Translations under genes and position numbers: made by a program | Notes under the pieces: model-generated | Database searches by the model: none | What the model was told of the DNA's origin: nothing | Seen by the model: the letters and a program-made list of their open reading frames with translations, nothing else | Source of the DNA: Okamejei kenojei | Lineage: Eukaryota | DNA length: 64,000 nt | Reading direction: 5' to 3' | NCBI GenBank assembly: GCA_035221665.1 | Contig: CM069157.1 | Coordinates: 20,770,001 to 20,834,000 of the forward strand | In this document: positions 12,552 to 26,598 of the stretch, piece by piece | How positions within the stretch are numbered: position 1 is the stretch's first letter | How the letters are laid out: the number at the start of each line of letters is the position of its first letter

Positions 12552-13625
12552 TGAAGCTCTCAGTGGGACAAAGAAGGGACAGAAGACTTTTTGGAAAAGG
12601 AAAATTGTGTTTTACTTTTAGAGTTGGTTTTAAGGCAATTGCTTGCCTTAAAAATAATTTTAATTACACACTTAAGCTGTTCTTACTTAAAACCTGTCCC
12701 AAAACGAAATGTATCACAGAGGAAAATGAACATACAGTTTTGTTGTTGTGTAAGCACTCTCTTCCCTAGTCATTAATCAAACTGCATCTTTAAACTTCTT
12801 TCATTTGAGGCGGAATTTCGGGTACGAATTAAGTGTGGATTAAAATCAATTGCCTCAAGAGTTCCCGTACTATCATTAGTGTGAAGTGCATAATAGAGTT
12901 TATTCAGCATTTAGTATTCTGCCTTCAATGTAACGGGTGTCAGAAAAGAACTACAATGTGCTGACACCACTCTACAGCATGTTTAAATCCATTTACAGGG
13001 ACTAATGTATTATTTTTCAGTCCCAATTGTTCCAACCCTGCTCTTCACCAAGTCATCAGATCTGCTCAGTTTGCTGAGTTCAACATCAACAAAGCCATTA
13101 GAATTCCCGTCTTCTATAAATTTGCATATTATTTGGACACATAGATTTTGATTGAATTGAAAGATACAGCATGGAAATAAGCCCTTCAGCCCATCAACCA
13201 CCCGTTCACACAGGCTCTATGCTATCCCACTTTCTCATCTACTCCCTCCGTGCCCGGAGTAATTTACACAAGCTTATTAACCTGCAAACCTACACGCTTT
13301 TGGGATGTGGGAGGAAATCTGAGCACCTGGAGGAAACCTACCTGGTCACAGGAAGAACATGCAAATTCCACAAAGACAGTACCCGAGATCAGGTTGGAAC
13401 CTCTGCCAGCTGCACCACTGCGTTGCCAAATTTATTAATATACCTATGTAAAATGAGGAGGAGTCTTGTTCTACCTCACAGATATCAATGTGGTTTAGAA
13501 GCACGTTATTGAGGCAGTAGGATCAGCATGTACTGAGAGATATGAAGGGCTGCTGCACTGTTTGAAGACATCCTTGTCCGTGCCGATCAGCGAGTCCGCA
13601 CTGATCAGGAATGCCCGCACACTAA

Positions 13626-14224
13626 TGCCCCTGTCCCACTTAGGAAACCTGAACAGAAACCTCTGGAGACTTTGCGCCCCACCCAAGGTTTCCGTGCGGT
13701 TCCTGGAGGTTCCCAGAGGTTTTTGTCAGTCTCCCTAATGGTCGAAAGTGGTTTCCGCTTCTTCTATGTTCCGGCGATTATTTAGAAGAATTCAAAACCG
13801 GCTGCGGCCTAAAAATAGGTTGCCGTTTTAAAAATCGGTAATTTTTTAGTCAAAGCCGGTTGCGATGCTAGTTGAAGGTGGTTGCCGGAGGTTGCAGGTA
13901 GTGGAAGGTAAGACCTTTTTTTCACCCAGTTTTATTCCACCAGGGAGGTCTTACCTTCCACTACCTGCAACCTCCGGCAACCACCTTCAACCAGCATCGC
14001 AACCGGCTTCGACTAAAAAATTACCGATTTTTTAAACGGCAACCTATTTTTAGTAGCGGCCGGTTTTGAATCTTTTTAATAATCGCCGGAACATAGAAGA
14101 AGCGGAAACCACTTTCGACCATTAGGGAGACTGACAAAAACCTCTGGGAACCGCACGGAAACCTTGGGTGGGGCGCAAAGTCTCCAGAGGATTCCGTTCA
14201 GGTTTCCTAAGTGGGACAGGGGCA
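13626..14224. mobile_element. PIF/Harbinger-type MITE (599 bp, almost fully palindromic) inserted in a V-SINE
   Basis: TGCCCCTGTCCCAC...GTGGGACAGGGGCA termini; TAA TSD at 13623-25 and 14225-27; ~280-bp near-perfect arms. Confidence 0.92.
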
Positions 14225-15949
14225 TAACACTACCCAACACACACTGGGGACAATTTACAATTTTACCAAGCCAATCAGCCTGCAAACATGTACGTCTTTG
14301 GATTGTGGGAAGAAACCGGAGCTCCTGGAGAAAACCCACGCAAGTCACGGGGAGAACGTACAAACCCCATAGAGACAGCACCAATTGTCAGGATCGAACC
14401 AAGGTCTCTGGCACTGTAAGGCAAAACTCTACTGCTTCACCAATGTGTCACCCTGTTGAGGTGACATACTGTGAAAGATCCCACTGTGCTATTGAAAACT
14501 GACCAGAAAGGTCTTGGTCAGGGCCACAGACCTACTGGTTAGACACAAGGTGCTGGAGTTACTCAGAAGCTCAGGCAGCATCTCTGGAGAAGGAGGATGT
14601 GACTTTTTGATTTTGGACCCATCTCCAGACCCAAAACCTCACCCGTTATTCTCCAGACATGCTGCCTGACCCGATGAGTTACTCCATTTTTACTTTGCTT
14701 CCATTTTTGGGATAAACCAGCATCTGGCAGTTCCTTGTTTCTACATTTAGGCCTATTGGATGTTTATCTCATTTCTGGTTCTGATAGATTGGCTTTAAAT
14801 ATTTGCCCACGGAATATTTCCAAAAAATGTTGTGAAGTGCTTTTGTGTACTGAAGAAGCTGCTATCTCACATTCCACTCCACTCACCCAACTCACCTGCC
14901 CATGTATCAGCCTGGTCACAAAATGATGGTCAGCCATACAGTGGGAGGGAGGTCTATTTGGAAGTACCTCATACTTCTATCTGCATGGCTACAATGGCCT
15001 GAGTGATTTTGACAATATTGTAAATTTTCTGATTCCTTTACATAAATGGAGCACTCCTGCAGGAAGTAATTTGCCATTATTACACCAGCTATTTTTTAGT
15101 TTAGTTCAGAGGTACAGCATGGAAACAGGCCCTTCGGCCCACCAAGTCTGCGCCGACCAATGATCGCTGGCACCTAGATAATTAACTCGTACCAAGGGTT
15201 TACACGTACCGAGCCAATTAACCGACAAACCTGTAGGTCTTTGTAGCGTGGGAGGAAACCGAAGATCTCGGAAAAAACCGACGCGGTCATGGGGAGAACG
15301 TACAAACTCCATACAGACAGCACCCGTAGTCGGAATTGAACCTGGGTCTCTGGCGCTGCAAGCGCAGTAAGGCTGCAACTCTACCGCTGTGTCACCGTGC
15401 TGCCTGTGCAGGAAAAATAAATAGTTAATAGGAAATACTACCTGGTTTCTTCAAAATCTCTCCTCTCATAAACTAAAAGAAAGATTACATGTAACTTCAA
15501 AATAAAATGTTAAAAAGAGACTTGTCGCCACAAGATGGTAGCATTAAGTAACGTGAATCTCCATATCTAGCACTAACAGCCGACAAGAAACATAGACCAT
15601 AGATATGAACAGCACACTACACACATTCACTAGGACACCTTGCTCTGTTCTGAAATCTTAAATCTGGTGGGAACAAGCAATCCTTTCGACATTCTTCTAT
15701 ATTTTTATTGGAATTCATAATCAACCAACATGGTGACTTGATGCACCTACCTAGCATCTACCCTAAATATGTTATTCATTGTCAGGATGCTTCAGTTAGA
15801 TGCCAATATTTACGTGCCACTTGAAGCTAATCTGCACTAGTTAATACTACGTTTCTTAAATGGGAGATTGATTGTGGCTTACAGGGTGAATGCATTGAAA
15901 AACTGGCAGGTGTTTGGCAAGTGAAATTGCCTTCCAAACACAAGTGAAT

Positions 15950-16051
15950 GGGGACAATGTCGGAGACTGGTTGCTTCATGGCCTGGTTCAGCAGCTCCCA
16001 CGAGCTAAGGAGACTACAGAGAGTGGAGGACAATACCTGGTCCATCACAGG

Positions 16052-16085
<34 letters not shown>

Positions 16086-16428
16086 CCATTGAAAGGACCA
16101 TTATGAGGCACTGCCTCAAAAAAGTCAACCAATATAATCAAATACCCCACCACCATCCTGGCCACACTATTACCGTCGTGAAGTAAGTACAGGAGCTGGA
16201 AAACAACAATTCCTGGTAACCATCGGGGTCTTGAAAATTCTCAACACTAACCTTAGCAACTAATAATCTTCAATGGACAGCATCTTTGGTTGCCCTACAA
16301 ACTCAGGTTTACACTATTATGGTTACCTTATCTTGTTGTTATTAATTTATTGCATCTTTGATTATTAAACCTGTGCGTTATTACAGTCCTGTTAAGCAAG
16401 AATGTCATTGTTTTGTTGTGGGCACATA
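15950..16428 (+). mobile_element. Degraded Rex1/Babar-type LINE 3' fragment (related fragments at 51325-51600/53085-53135, 55735-55970, 59895-60325)
   Basis: Homologous to the reverse complement of 7243-7951 (HHPGHT motif, 3' UTR). Confidence 0.7.
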
Positions 16429-16429
16429 T

Positions 16430-16658
16430 AGAAACATAGAAACATAGAAATTAGGTGCTTCGAGCCTGCACCGCCATTCAATATGATCATGGCTGATCAT
16501 CTAACTCAGTATCCTGTACCTGCCTTCTCTCCATACCCCCTGATCCCTTCAGCCACAGGGCCACATCCAACTCCCTCTTAAATATGGCCAACGAACTGGC
16601 CTCAACTACCTTCTGTGGCAGAGAATTCCACAGATTCACCACTCTCTGTGTGAAAAAA
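16430..16658 (-). mobile_element. CR1 3' end with (catagaaa)n tail (similar at 8540-8700, 20705-20850, 23990-24255, 33830-34230, 60330-61380)
   Basis: Matches the reverse complement of 25720-25968. Confidence 0.8.
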
Positions 16659-18184
16659 ACAGAGAGTGAACAGAAAAAAACATGATAATTAATTACTCTT
16701 GATTCATGACATGGACTCTCTTGACTTTAGGCAGAAGGACAAACGAAAACAAAGATGATGTGTACGTAGAATTAAAAATATAGCGATAAAAATATATAGG
16801 AAAAAAAAGGAAATGCAGATGCTGATTTACAACAAAAAAATGATGCAAAGTGCTGGAGTAACTCAGTTGGGCAGGCAACATCACTGGAAAATATTGGTAG
16901 GTAGTTAACATTTCGGAACAGGGCCCTTCCTTAGACTCTGACTGAAAAAGGTCCAGATCCGAAAAAAGTTACCTATCCGTGTTCTCCAGAGATGCTGCCT
17001 GGCCCGTTGAGTTACTCTGGCAATTTATGGCTTGCAATGAAAAATATGGTTTCTTTGGAAGCATGACAGAAAGCCTGAGTACTTTCATGCATGGAAGACC
17101 AACACGATTAGGAGACCAACACCATGGGAGTCCAACACCAACACATGCTTGTACTGACAAATGACCACTGTATCAAAACCAACAGCCAAACGAGCCTGAA
17201 GGTTACAAAGCACACTCAATCAATCACTACTGCCAGTGTGGATTGGAGTGTAAAGTACTTAGTAGTTCCACAGTGGTCTGATAATCTTCCATAAATTGGG
17301 AATAAGGGGTCACAGTCAATAGAATTGTTCTTGAATGGATTCTTCAGAGACTAGCAAGCGGGAAATAAGTTGTTTAAGCTGCCTCCTCCCTTTGTCCTCC
17401 CTCCTCTCTCCACACCATCTTGCTCTGTTTCCCATTTCTATACTCCTGCTCCGCTGAGTTGTCAAACCAGGTTGGCAACATACATTATAGATACATTTTA
17501 TATGGAAAATAATAATCTAAATGGTTTGGGGAAGTTGTCTGTGAACTTCATGGCAGGAGTTCCTCAGGCCAGGGTCCAAGGTTCAACTTTGCTATTTCTT
17601 CAGTGACCTTCCCTTCCATGATATGTTCAGAAGTAAAAATGCCTGCTGATGATTCATTTGTTTTACAAACTCCTCAGAAAAAGAAGCTGGCCTTGCCTGT
17701 GCACAGCAAAACCTTCAGAAATGTCCAGGCAAGATATGTTTTAGTCGCACTAGTGCTAGACCATCTGCAGTAAGTGCCGTTCTAACCATTTAACCTTTAC
17801 ATTCAATGACATTGCTGTGACACCTACAAACCACATCTGCGAGTTCAATCCTGAGCGGAAAATTAATTAGACCAGCCATATAATTACTGTGCCTACAAAA
17901 CTATATTCCACGAGGGACTTACCACTTGACTTCCCAAAGCCCTTCCACAATTTATGACATGTCTGAAGTGTAATGGAATATTCTCCACCTGCATGGTTGA
18001 CTACAGCTCTCAAGAAGCTTGACAACATCCAGGACAAAGCTGCTTATTTGACCGACTCAATCTGAAACAGTCACTCAACCACCAATGCAGTTCTGCTGCA
18101 ACATATCTAATCTACTAAATGCGCTGCAATTAGCCATCTTCGTTATTGTTACAAGATCACCTAAACCTACAATATCTTCATCCG

Positions 18185-20312
18185 AGAATGAGGTGTTGAA
18201 CCAGGGCAAGACTTACACAGTAAATGGTGGGGCCTGGGAGAGTGTCGTTCACCATAGAGATCTGGGGGTACAGGTGCATGGATCCCTGAAAGTAGCGAGT
18301 CATGTGGAGAGTGTAAAGACAGCTTTTGCAACATTTGCCTTCATTGGGAAAGGGAACGAGTAGAAAAGTTGGAACATCACGATGCAGCTGCACAAGTTGT
18401 TGGTGAGGAAAGACACAAAAAGCTACAGTATACCTTCGGCTTGAACCAGCATCTGCAGCTCCTTCACACAAGTAATTGGTGAAACTACATTTGATACATT
18501 GTGTGCTATTCTAGTTGGCCAGCTGTAGGAAGGATATCATAAAGTTGGAAGGGGTGCAGAAGAGATTCTCCAGGACATTAGCTGGGCTTGCGGACTTGAC
18601 ATGGGGAGAAGTTGGATGGCTTTGGATTTTACCTTTGGAGCGTAGGAGACTGACGATTGAGATCATCTGGATAGGCTGTGGGCCGAAGAGCATTTTCGCT
18701 CAGGTTCGTGACCCAACTCACGGAACTTATATAAATCATACCTGAAACTCGTCAAAACCAAAACCTGCACATTTTTAAGAAATATGAGAAAAACCTCAAT
18801 GTTTCTGAGTAGTAATTGCCCAATCAACGCACATTTAACATTGAGGTCGGACGCAAATTGACCAATCCTGCGCTTTGTTTTATGGTCGCTAGGCTGCGAG
18901 GACACTGGGATCATGGCTGCCTCATCAATACATCAATATAATAGCAAGGTTTCCAAGGAATAATGGTAATGATCATCTTGCTGATCATTTTTTTTTCAAT
19001 TGATTTATCTTTATAAAGTTATGATGTGAACTGTTAAATAAAAATGATAAATAACAAATGTAGATCTAGGGTTAGGATTAGGGTCAGTCAGTAGGTCAGT
19101 CGGTCGGTCGGTCTGTCAGTCGGTCAATCAGTCAATCGGTCAGTCTGTCAGTCCTCTTTACAGTAGGCCAATGGAAGCTGTGGAGGATCGGTCGGGCTAT
19201 CGGGCTGTCAGGCTGCCGGTGGGCGGTGAGCGTAGGGCCAGGCCTCTGGTGGGTGTTGCGAGTGGTCGGTCGGGCTGTTGGTAGACCGGTGTTGCAGCAA
19301 GCGTGTGAGCGGTCAGATGGAGCCGGCGCTATAGTGGTGCTGAATGGCGGCACGGGGGACGTGCAGGGCAGTGTTGCTCCCCATCATCATCACCACCAGA
19401 ACAGCATGCTTGCCGAGGTGGACGCACTGCGGGCCCACACGTACGGAGCCCACAGCCGGTCCCAAAGCGGCTCCAGCTCCAACCGTGGGCAGCTCTGGAA
19501 GGGGAGCGAGTTAGGGTTAGGCATTTTCCTGTCAGTGGAAGATGCGTTAGCCTTCCCCCAGTGGCACTGCCTCAGTCCCACTATGGCCGTGACCCCCACT
19601 CTGCACACTGGCAGTCAGTGGGGTTCATTAAACGGGGGAACCCATTACTCACCCATTAATTAGGCTGGTTCAAGAGGACATCTGTGGCAGTCTCATTAAA
19701 AAACAAACCTCACAACTATATTCATTACATTATTTTTAAATGATATAATTATACATCATTATATATGATTACAATCATATACACAAGTCACATATATATA
19801 TATATATGGTATCATATATATGCAACATGGAAATAGGGTCTATATGGTGTAATATGGGCCTAGGACATTAGATGGCGCTAACCTTTTCGATCTAATTTTC
19901 TAATTAGTTTAATTAATTAATGTGCAACTTTTGGCACTGACGAGTTATGACTTCCTTCTTAATTATATTTTATCTAAATCTGTGCAAAATTTCATGTAGT
20001 TCCGAGACATGGGTCACGAAAGTTGATTTCTAGACACATTTTTGATGTTCGGCCCACAGTCTAAGGGGAGAAAGATTTTAAAGGAACCTCAGGGGCAACT
20101 TTTCATTCATCGCCTAATCTGCATCTGGAATGAGCCGCCAGAGGAGGCTATAAAATAATTATGACTTTTAAAAGACAATTGGACAGATATATGGATAGGA
20201 AAAATTTAGAGCTTTGGGACAAATGCAGACAAATGTGATTAGCCTAGTATTCAAACCTTGTCAGCAGAGATAAGATGGGCAGAAGATCCCGTGTCTGTGC
20301 TATACAGCTCTT
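18185..20312 (+). mobile_element. Degraded CR1, split by the TIR element and a short Penelope tail
   Basis: RDLGVQVHGSLKVA..; RKDIIKLEGVQKRF; 3' tail near 20290. Confidence 0.8.
18672..20063. mobile_element. Non-autonomous TIR DNA transposon with TAG...CTA ends (superfamily uncertain, possibly Academ), inserted in a CR1
   Basis: TAGGCTGTGGGCCGAA...TTCGGCCCACAGTCTA termini, plus subterminal ttcgtgaccca..cggaact / agttccg..tgggtcacgaa. CR1 sequence on both sides. Confidence 0.75.
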
Positions 20313-22239
20313 TGACTATAAGAAGGAACAGCATTCCCCATGGCTCACTCAATAACTTCACAGAGGCAATGAAGGATGGACAATAATTGCCAGGCACAAT
20401 GATATTTCTCAAATGAAAAAAAAAAACTTGTCCCAAAATGTAGCTTCACCAATAAACATGGCTTGAAAATAAAACCAATGTTAACATCATAGGAATGGAA
20501 CTAAAAAGTAGAAACGTTATGTTAAACTTGTACCAAACGTTACTTAGACCACTCCAAGCGAACTGGGTACTGTTAAGATTTCTTTATTGTGAAACATACA
20601 TGGAGGCCCAGGAGAGGCTGAAAAAAATAACTTGACAGGAACGATGCAAGGAATCCAAAATTACACTCATACAAACACGGAGAACAATCTGTCTCTCTCT
20701 ACTAAAAACATAGAAAAACATAGAAAATAGGCGCGGAGGAGGCCATTTGGCCCTTCGCGCCAACATCACAATTCATTGTGATCATGGCTGATCATCCACA
20801 ATCAGTAACCCGTGCCTGCCTTCTCCACATATCCCTTGACTCCGCTAGCCCCTTTTGAAAAGACAGTGCTAAATTATTAAAGGCTTTGTTATAATAGATC
20901 TTAAAACATGTGAAGAAAAGCAAAACCAGGGTGAAAATACTCACCTCTGAATCAAACGGGGAATTTGGAAGACACTTGTTCATCCAGAGAAGGAGATGCG
21001 CTTCCCGCTACCTCACCTTGAGTCCTTGAGGCAAATAGTCAAGTGCATTTACAACAAGGCGAGAAACAGGTATATGGTGGAAGGATAAGGGGATGACGCT
21101 GAAAGAATTTGATGAAGTGTGGAACTAAACTCAAATGGAGCATGAACGTCACTGAAGAAGGGTCTTGACCTTGAAATGTCATCCATTCCTTCTCTCCCAA
21201 GATGCTGCCTGTCCCGCTGAGTTACAACAAGGCGAGACAGCATTCTCCAGCATTCTACAGGCATAAACTAGTTGGGCTGAAAGGATTGCATCTGTACTGT
21301 AATTTTATATAATCTTTTCATTTCCTTCATATATCATTTATAAAAATCGGCAATAACATTAATCATCACTAATCATTTCAACATTAAGAGAACAGGCTGA
21401 ATATAGACTCCTCGTTACCTCCATGTTCCCCTCCCTTCTGCCTCCCCCTTCTCCCAGGAGCCTACTGAATATTTGTCCATCAATTTAAATCATCTCTTGC
21501 CTTGAGATGAAGATTACAATGACCTTGCTGCAGGCAGAAATTGAAGGTATTTAGGGTAGTTTATCTTGTTTCTTTTATTTAAAAAAGTCATTTTGCTTCA
21601 ACTTAAATGTGTGTGACTGCATTGGTAACTCTGCTGAGAGTGTGAAACTGAAAGAGAAAGGTCAATTGGATTGTGAATAAGATCATTGATTGTAGAGCAG
21701 CCTGTTTATTCCCTCTGGGACTGGCAAGCAGGTACAAGATATCTGTGATACTGTGTACCGTCCGCAAAAAACAAAACAAACGCTTTTGCTTAACAACTTG
21801 CTGATTCTTCTCTGGTCAAGCAGAATTCTTGGTGAGAAATATATTGTCGGGAGAATATGTAATAATTAAATCTTATAAAGGATGTGTAAGAACGAACTGC
21901 AGATGCTGGGTTATATCGAAGATAGACACAAAATGGTGGAGTAACTCTGTGGGTCAGACAGCATCTCTGGAGAAAAGGAATAGGTGACATTTTGAGCCAA
22001 GACCTTTCATCAGACCCTTATAAAGGAGTTCTTATAAAGGAGATCTTATAGTGATCTTTTTACATTTCAAAAATGTTACTTCAAATATTTGTTTTGTTTA
22101 AATTGTTTGCCTGATTTTTTTTTTCTGATTTTCCTCCCTGGCTCTCCAGTTCATAAAAAAGACATTGTTCGAGCTGTTTCCCGATCATCCAAGGTCTTCA
22201 GTTCATCAGGTCGTGTGCTCAAGTTCTACTTCAGAGGTT

Positions 22240-22877
22240 TCATAAAGTTATAAGTGATAGGAGTAGAAATCGGCCATTCGGCCCATCAAGTTTACTCTGC
22301 CATTCAATCATGGCTGATCTACCTCTCCCTCCTAAACCCATTCTCCTGCCTTCTCCCCATAACCTCTGACACCTGTACTAATCAAGAATCTATCTCTACC
22401 TTAAAAATATCCACTGACGGCTTCCACAGCCTTCCGTGGCAAAAAATTCCACAGATTCACACCCTATGACTAAAGAAATTTCTCCTTGTCTTGTTCCTAA
22501 AAGAACGTCCTTTAATTCTGAGGCTATGACCTCTAGTCCACGACTCTCCCACTAGTGAAAACATCCTCTCCACACCCACTCTAACCAAGCCTTTCACTAT
22601 TCTGTACATTTCAATGAGGTCCCCCCTCGTGCTTCTAAACTCCACCGAGTACAGGCCCAATGCCGTCAAACGCTCATCATAGGTTAACCTACTCATTCCT
22701 AGGATCATTCTTGTAAACCTCCTCTTGACCCTCTCCAGAGCCAGCACGTGCGTCCTCAGCCACGGTGCCCAGAATTTCTCACAATATTCCAAATGCGACC
22801 TTACCAGTGCCTTATGGAGCCTCAGCATTGCATCCCTGTTTTTGTATACAAACCCTCTTGAAATAAATGCTAGCATT
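22240..22877 (-). mobile_element. CR1 3' fragment
   Basis: ORF 22457-22909: LVRSHLEYC..FWAP..LERVKRRFTRMI..TRGHSLRI. Confidence 0.92.
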
Positions 22878-25269
22878 AGAGTTTGTTTTCGACTGAAAAC
22901 CTGGCGCAAGTACCTCTGTGTAGTACAAGTGCTTATGTACTAATATTAGTACTTATGTACAAGTCAGGATGTACTACTGTCTTTCATTTGAGAAAGCACT
23001 CTCTATTTTCTTGGAAAGATATTAAAATATCCACAGCACTTAAAGAGTTAACCTGTGTGGACGCCATACAACCCTCACCTAACACCACTAAAAACAGATT
23101 ACCCAGACAATATCAAATTGCTGCTTGTGGGAGCTTGTTATGCTCACTTTGGCTGTGTTGCTGATGTTACAATTGTGACAACACTCCCCAAAACAATGTA
23201 TTTCTCTGTCTATAATGGGTGACAAGTGTTCTTTTCTCATGTTGCCTCCCATGTTATTATGTACTTGCTGGTCATTTATCCTTGCTCATCATTGCTTCAC
23301 TCAAGAGACACCTCGTCTATTATTTCTTTTAAGACCACGGGTGCTGCCTGTACGGAGTTTGTACGTTCTCTCTGTGACCTCCCAGCGTTTTCTCCGGGAG
23401 CTCTGGTTTCCTCCCACAATCCAAAGACAAACAGGATTGTAGGCTAATTGGCTAGGTAAAATTGTAAATTGTCGCTGGTGTGTGCAGTATAGCGTTAGTG
23501 TGTGGGGATCGCTTGTCGGCGCGGACGTGGTGGGCTGAGGGCCTGTTTCCGCGCTGTATCTCTAAACTAAACTAAAGTAAAAGTGATCTATGTTGATATA
23601 AATCACCACATTGGTCAGAATAACTCCTACTAAACACGTTTTCATGATGACTGAGGAAGCAGGAATCATTAATACAGGAGAAGTCATAAAATTTTCAATG
23701 AGCAACATCATCACACTAAACAACTGCGATTGCATTGCTGCTTTTATTATTCAAAATAAATAGGCTAAAACATTCAGTGAAATATTAATGAAAGTAGGAA
23801 TCTCATCAGAACATTTTCACCAATAATATGATCACATAATTCCATCATTTACAGCCCATCAGTCTGGAAATTATTGTCGGTAAGAATGGTTGTTACTTAC
23901 CAGATATTTTGGGGACCAATACAAGTTTGCTCCTTTCAGGCAATGTGATAAAACAAATGCTACATTCACCTTGTGGGAGCAAAGCAATGATACTGTGTGG
24001 AAAAAGGCCCTTTGGCCCAACTTTCCCACACCGGCCAACATGTCCCAGCTACACTAGTCCCACCTGCCAGTGCTTGGTCCATATCCCTCCAAACCTGTCC
24101 TATCCATGTACCGGTCTTAAACGTTGGGATAGTCCCAGCCTCAACTGCCTCATCTGGCAGCTTGTTCCATGCACCCACCATGCTTGTGTGAAAAATGTAC
24201 CCTTAGTCCCCATTACATTTTTCCCTTTCACCATAAACCTTAAGCCTATGTCCTCTGCCTTTCATTACAAAGGAAGAAGCAGCAATTGTCTTAAGACAGC
24301 AATGTGCTGCAATTAAGTAGCGTTGAACTAGCACTGGAAACGTAAAAGGTTTGTTGAGCAAAGCTGCCATCAGGTTTGGAATTAAACAGTATGGAAATCT
24401 GGTGTCTCTGGCCGCTCACAACAAAACCTATTATGAGTCTTCAGGGCAAGGAGGCATGCAGCTGCAAACCTTTTCATCCACATTAAATACTCGCATGGGA
24501 TGAGGTGACTGGAAACAGCCAGTGCCCAGTCAGCTGTGACCATGCCAGGTGCAGCCAACTCACCAGCCAGTAGTATCCCAATATCTCTGCGAGTAGTCAA
24601 TTAACACTCGTGGCAAACCTCTGAGGAGAAGTAGGTCAGGTTGCAAATGTCTTAAACAAGGCCAACTCAAGCTGCCAACGGTACAGATATTTCAGTGGAA
24701 GTTAGTAGCAGTGTTTACTGGAATTTTTTTCACTGCTTAAGATTCAGGCAAATTCTAGCCAAGGAAAGTAACAGGTAATAATAGTGTGCAAGAGTGGCAG
24801 ATGGCAGTTTGAGAAGATTTATTACACACACGTAGAAGGTCCCTTAAGAAACTGTGCAGCACGGATGCTCCACACAAAACATTTGGTGCTAAACTTTCCT
24901 TCCATCCCCGCAGCAACTTAATCGGGGATTGTCTTTATGTATGGCAACAATCACACTGATCTGTGTGCAAAAAATGTATTCCACTGCACCTTTGGTACAT
25001 TGGACAATAAAAGAATCATGGAACAGTTGAGGTGAATTTTCAACAAACTGGCCTTGATATTAAAATCTCCCTCTACCCAAGACAGATGGGATCTTGAATC
25101 AGCACAGCACGTTCCTCACCCTGGCATGCCATGCACATTGGTCCCTGTCTTTTCCACAGCAACGGCCACCTGGGCTACTGAATATTGAACTCATTTAATT
25201 CAGAATCCCACAGCGTAGCTGGGTGGTCACGCTGTCATTTGTTGCCGACACACGTTACCCAAGAGTTCA

Positions 25270-26172
25270 GAAGTTCATAAGTTATAGGAACAGAATTAGG
25301 CCATTCAGCCCATCAAGTCTACTCCACCATTCAATCATGGCTAATCTATCTTTCCCTCTCAACCCCATTCTCCTGCCTTCACCGCATAACTACTTCAGTT
25401 GTACAGGGTCTTGGTGAGACCACACCTGGAGTATTGCGTACAGTTTTGGTCTCCAAATCTGAGGAAGGACATTATTGCCATAGAGGGAGTGCAGAGAAGG
25501 TTCCCCAGACTGATTCCTGGGATGTCAGGACTGTCTTATGAAGAAAGACTGGATAGACTCGGTTTATACTCTCTGGAATTTAGGAGATTGAGAGGGGATC
25601 TTATAGAAACTTACAAAATTCTTAAGGGGTTGGACAGGCTAGATGCAGGAAGATTGTTCGATGTAGGGGTCACAGCTTAAGGATAAGGGGGAAATCTTTA
25701 AGACCGAGATGAGAAAGACTTTTTTCACACAGAGAGTGGTGAGTCTCTGGAACTCTCTGCCACAGAGGGTAGTTGAGGCCAGTTCATTGGCTATATTTAA
25801 GAGTGAGTTGGATGTGGCCCTTGTGGCTATGGGGATCAGAGGGTATGGAGAGAAGGCAGGTACGGGATACTGAGTTGGATGATCAGCCATGATCATATTG
25901 AATGGCGGTGCAGGCTCGAAGGGCTGAATGGCCTACTCCTGCACCTAATTTCTATGTTTCTATGTTTCTATAACCCCTGACACCCATACTAATCAAGGAC
26001 CTGTCAATCTCCGCCTTAAAATACCCAATGATTTAGCCTCCACAGCCATCTGTGGCAATGAATTCCACCCTCTAGCTAAAGAAATTCCCCCTCATCTCGT
26101 TTCTAAAGGTGCGTCCTTTTATTCTTAGGCTACGGCCACTGGTCCTGGACTCTGCCACTCGTGGAAACATCC
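25270..26172. mobile_element. CR1 (+, ~25395-25968) nested in an antiparallel CR1 3' end
   Basis: [18 protein letters not shown] at 25399-25680; (tttctatg)n tail; host resumes after a duplicated ataac. Confidence 0.9.
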
Positions 26173-26598
26173 AGTTCAAACTCACAATGGATAAAGACAG
26201 GAGTTTCTCCCTACACTAGTGAACTATCAACTACCCAACAATGTCCATGGGCTGGGAGGAGTACGGGTAATTCTACCGGCTCTTTGAAGAAGCCTTTAAC
26301 GTCTCATACTCAAGCACTTACCCCTAACATTCTTCCATTTTAATGTTATACAGAATTGGAGACACTGTATAATGTAACAACTTGTCATTGAAGATGGCAT
26401 GTGTAATTGTATAATAGTTAGTGATTCATGGGACTAGCAACCATTTAGAAGCTTCGAGGGTAGATTTTAAAAACGCACAAAGCAGAATGTCCTTACACTT
26501 AAACAGTGGCCTGTGAAACCGTGATGGCATTATTGGATTCCACTAAAGATAATCAGCAGCATCTAACACACAACACATTCAATCAAGTTTTTAAAGAA

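Noticed and set aside
16052-16084. Long C/G homopolymers (also ~1609, 30496, 49066, 49380) as G-quadruplex elements
   Set aside because: Mostly inside repeats, and homopolymer lengths are unreliable in assemblies.
20935-21000. Strong minus-strand donor GAG|GTGAGT
   Set aside because: No convincing acceptor or frame; surrounding sequence resembles a decayed CR1 3' region.
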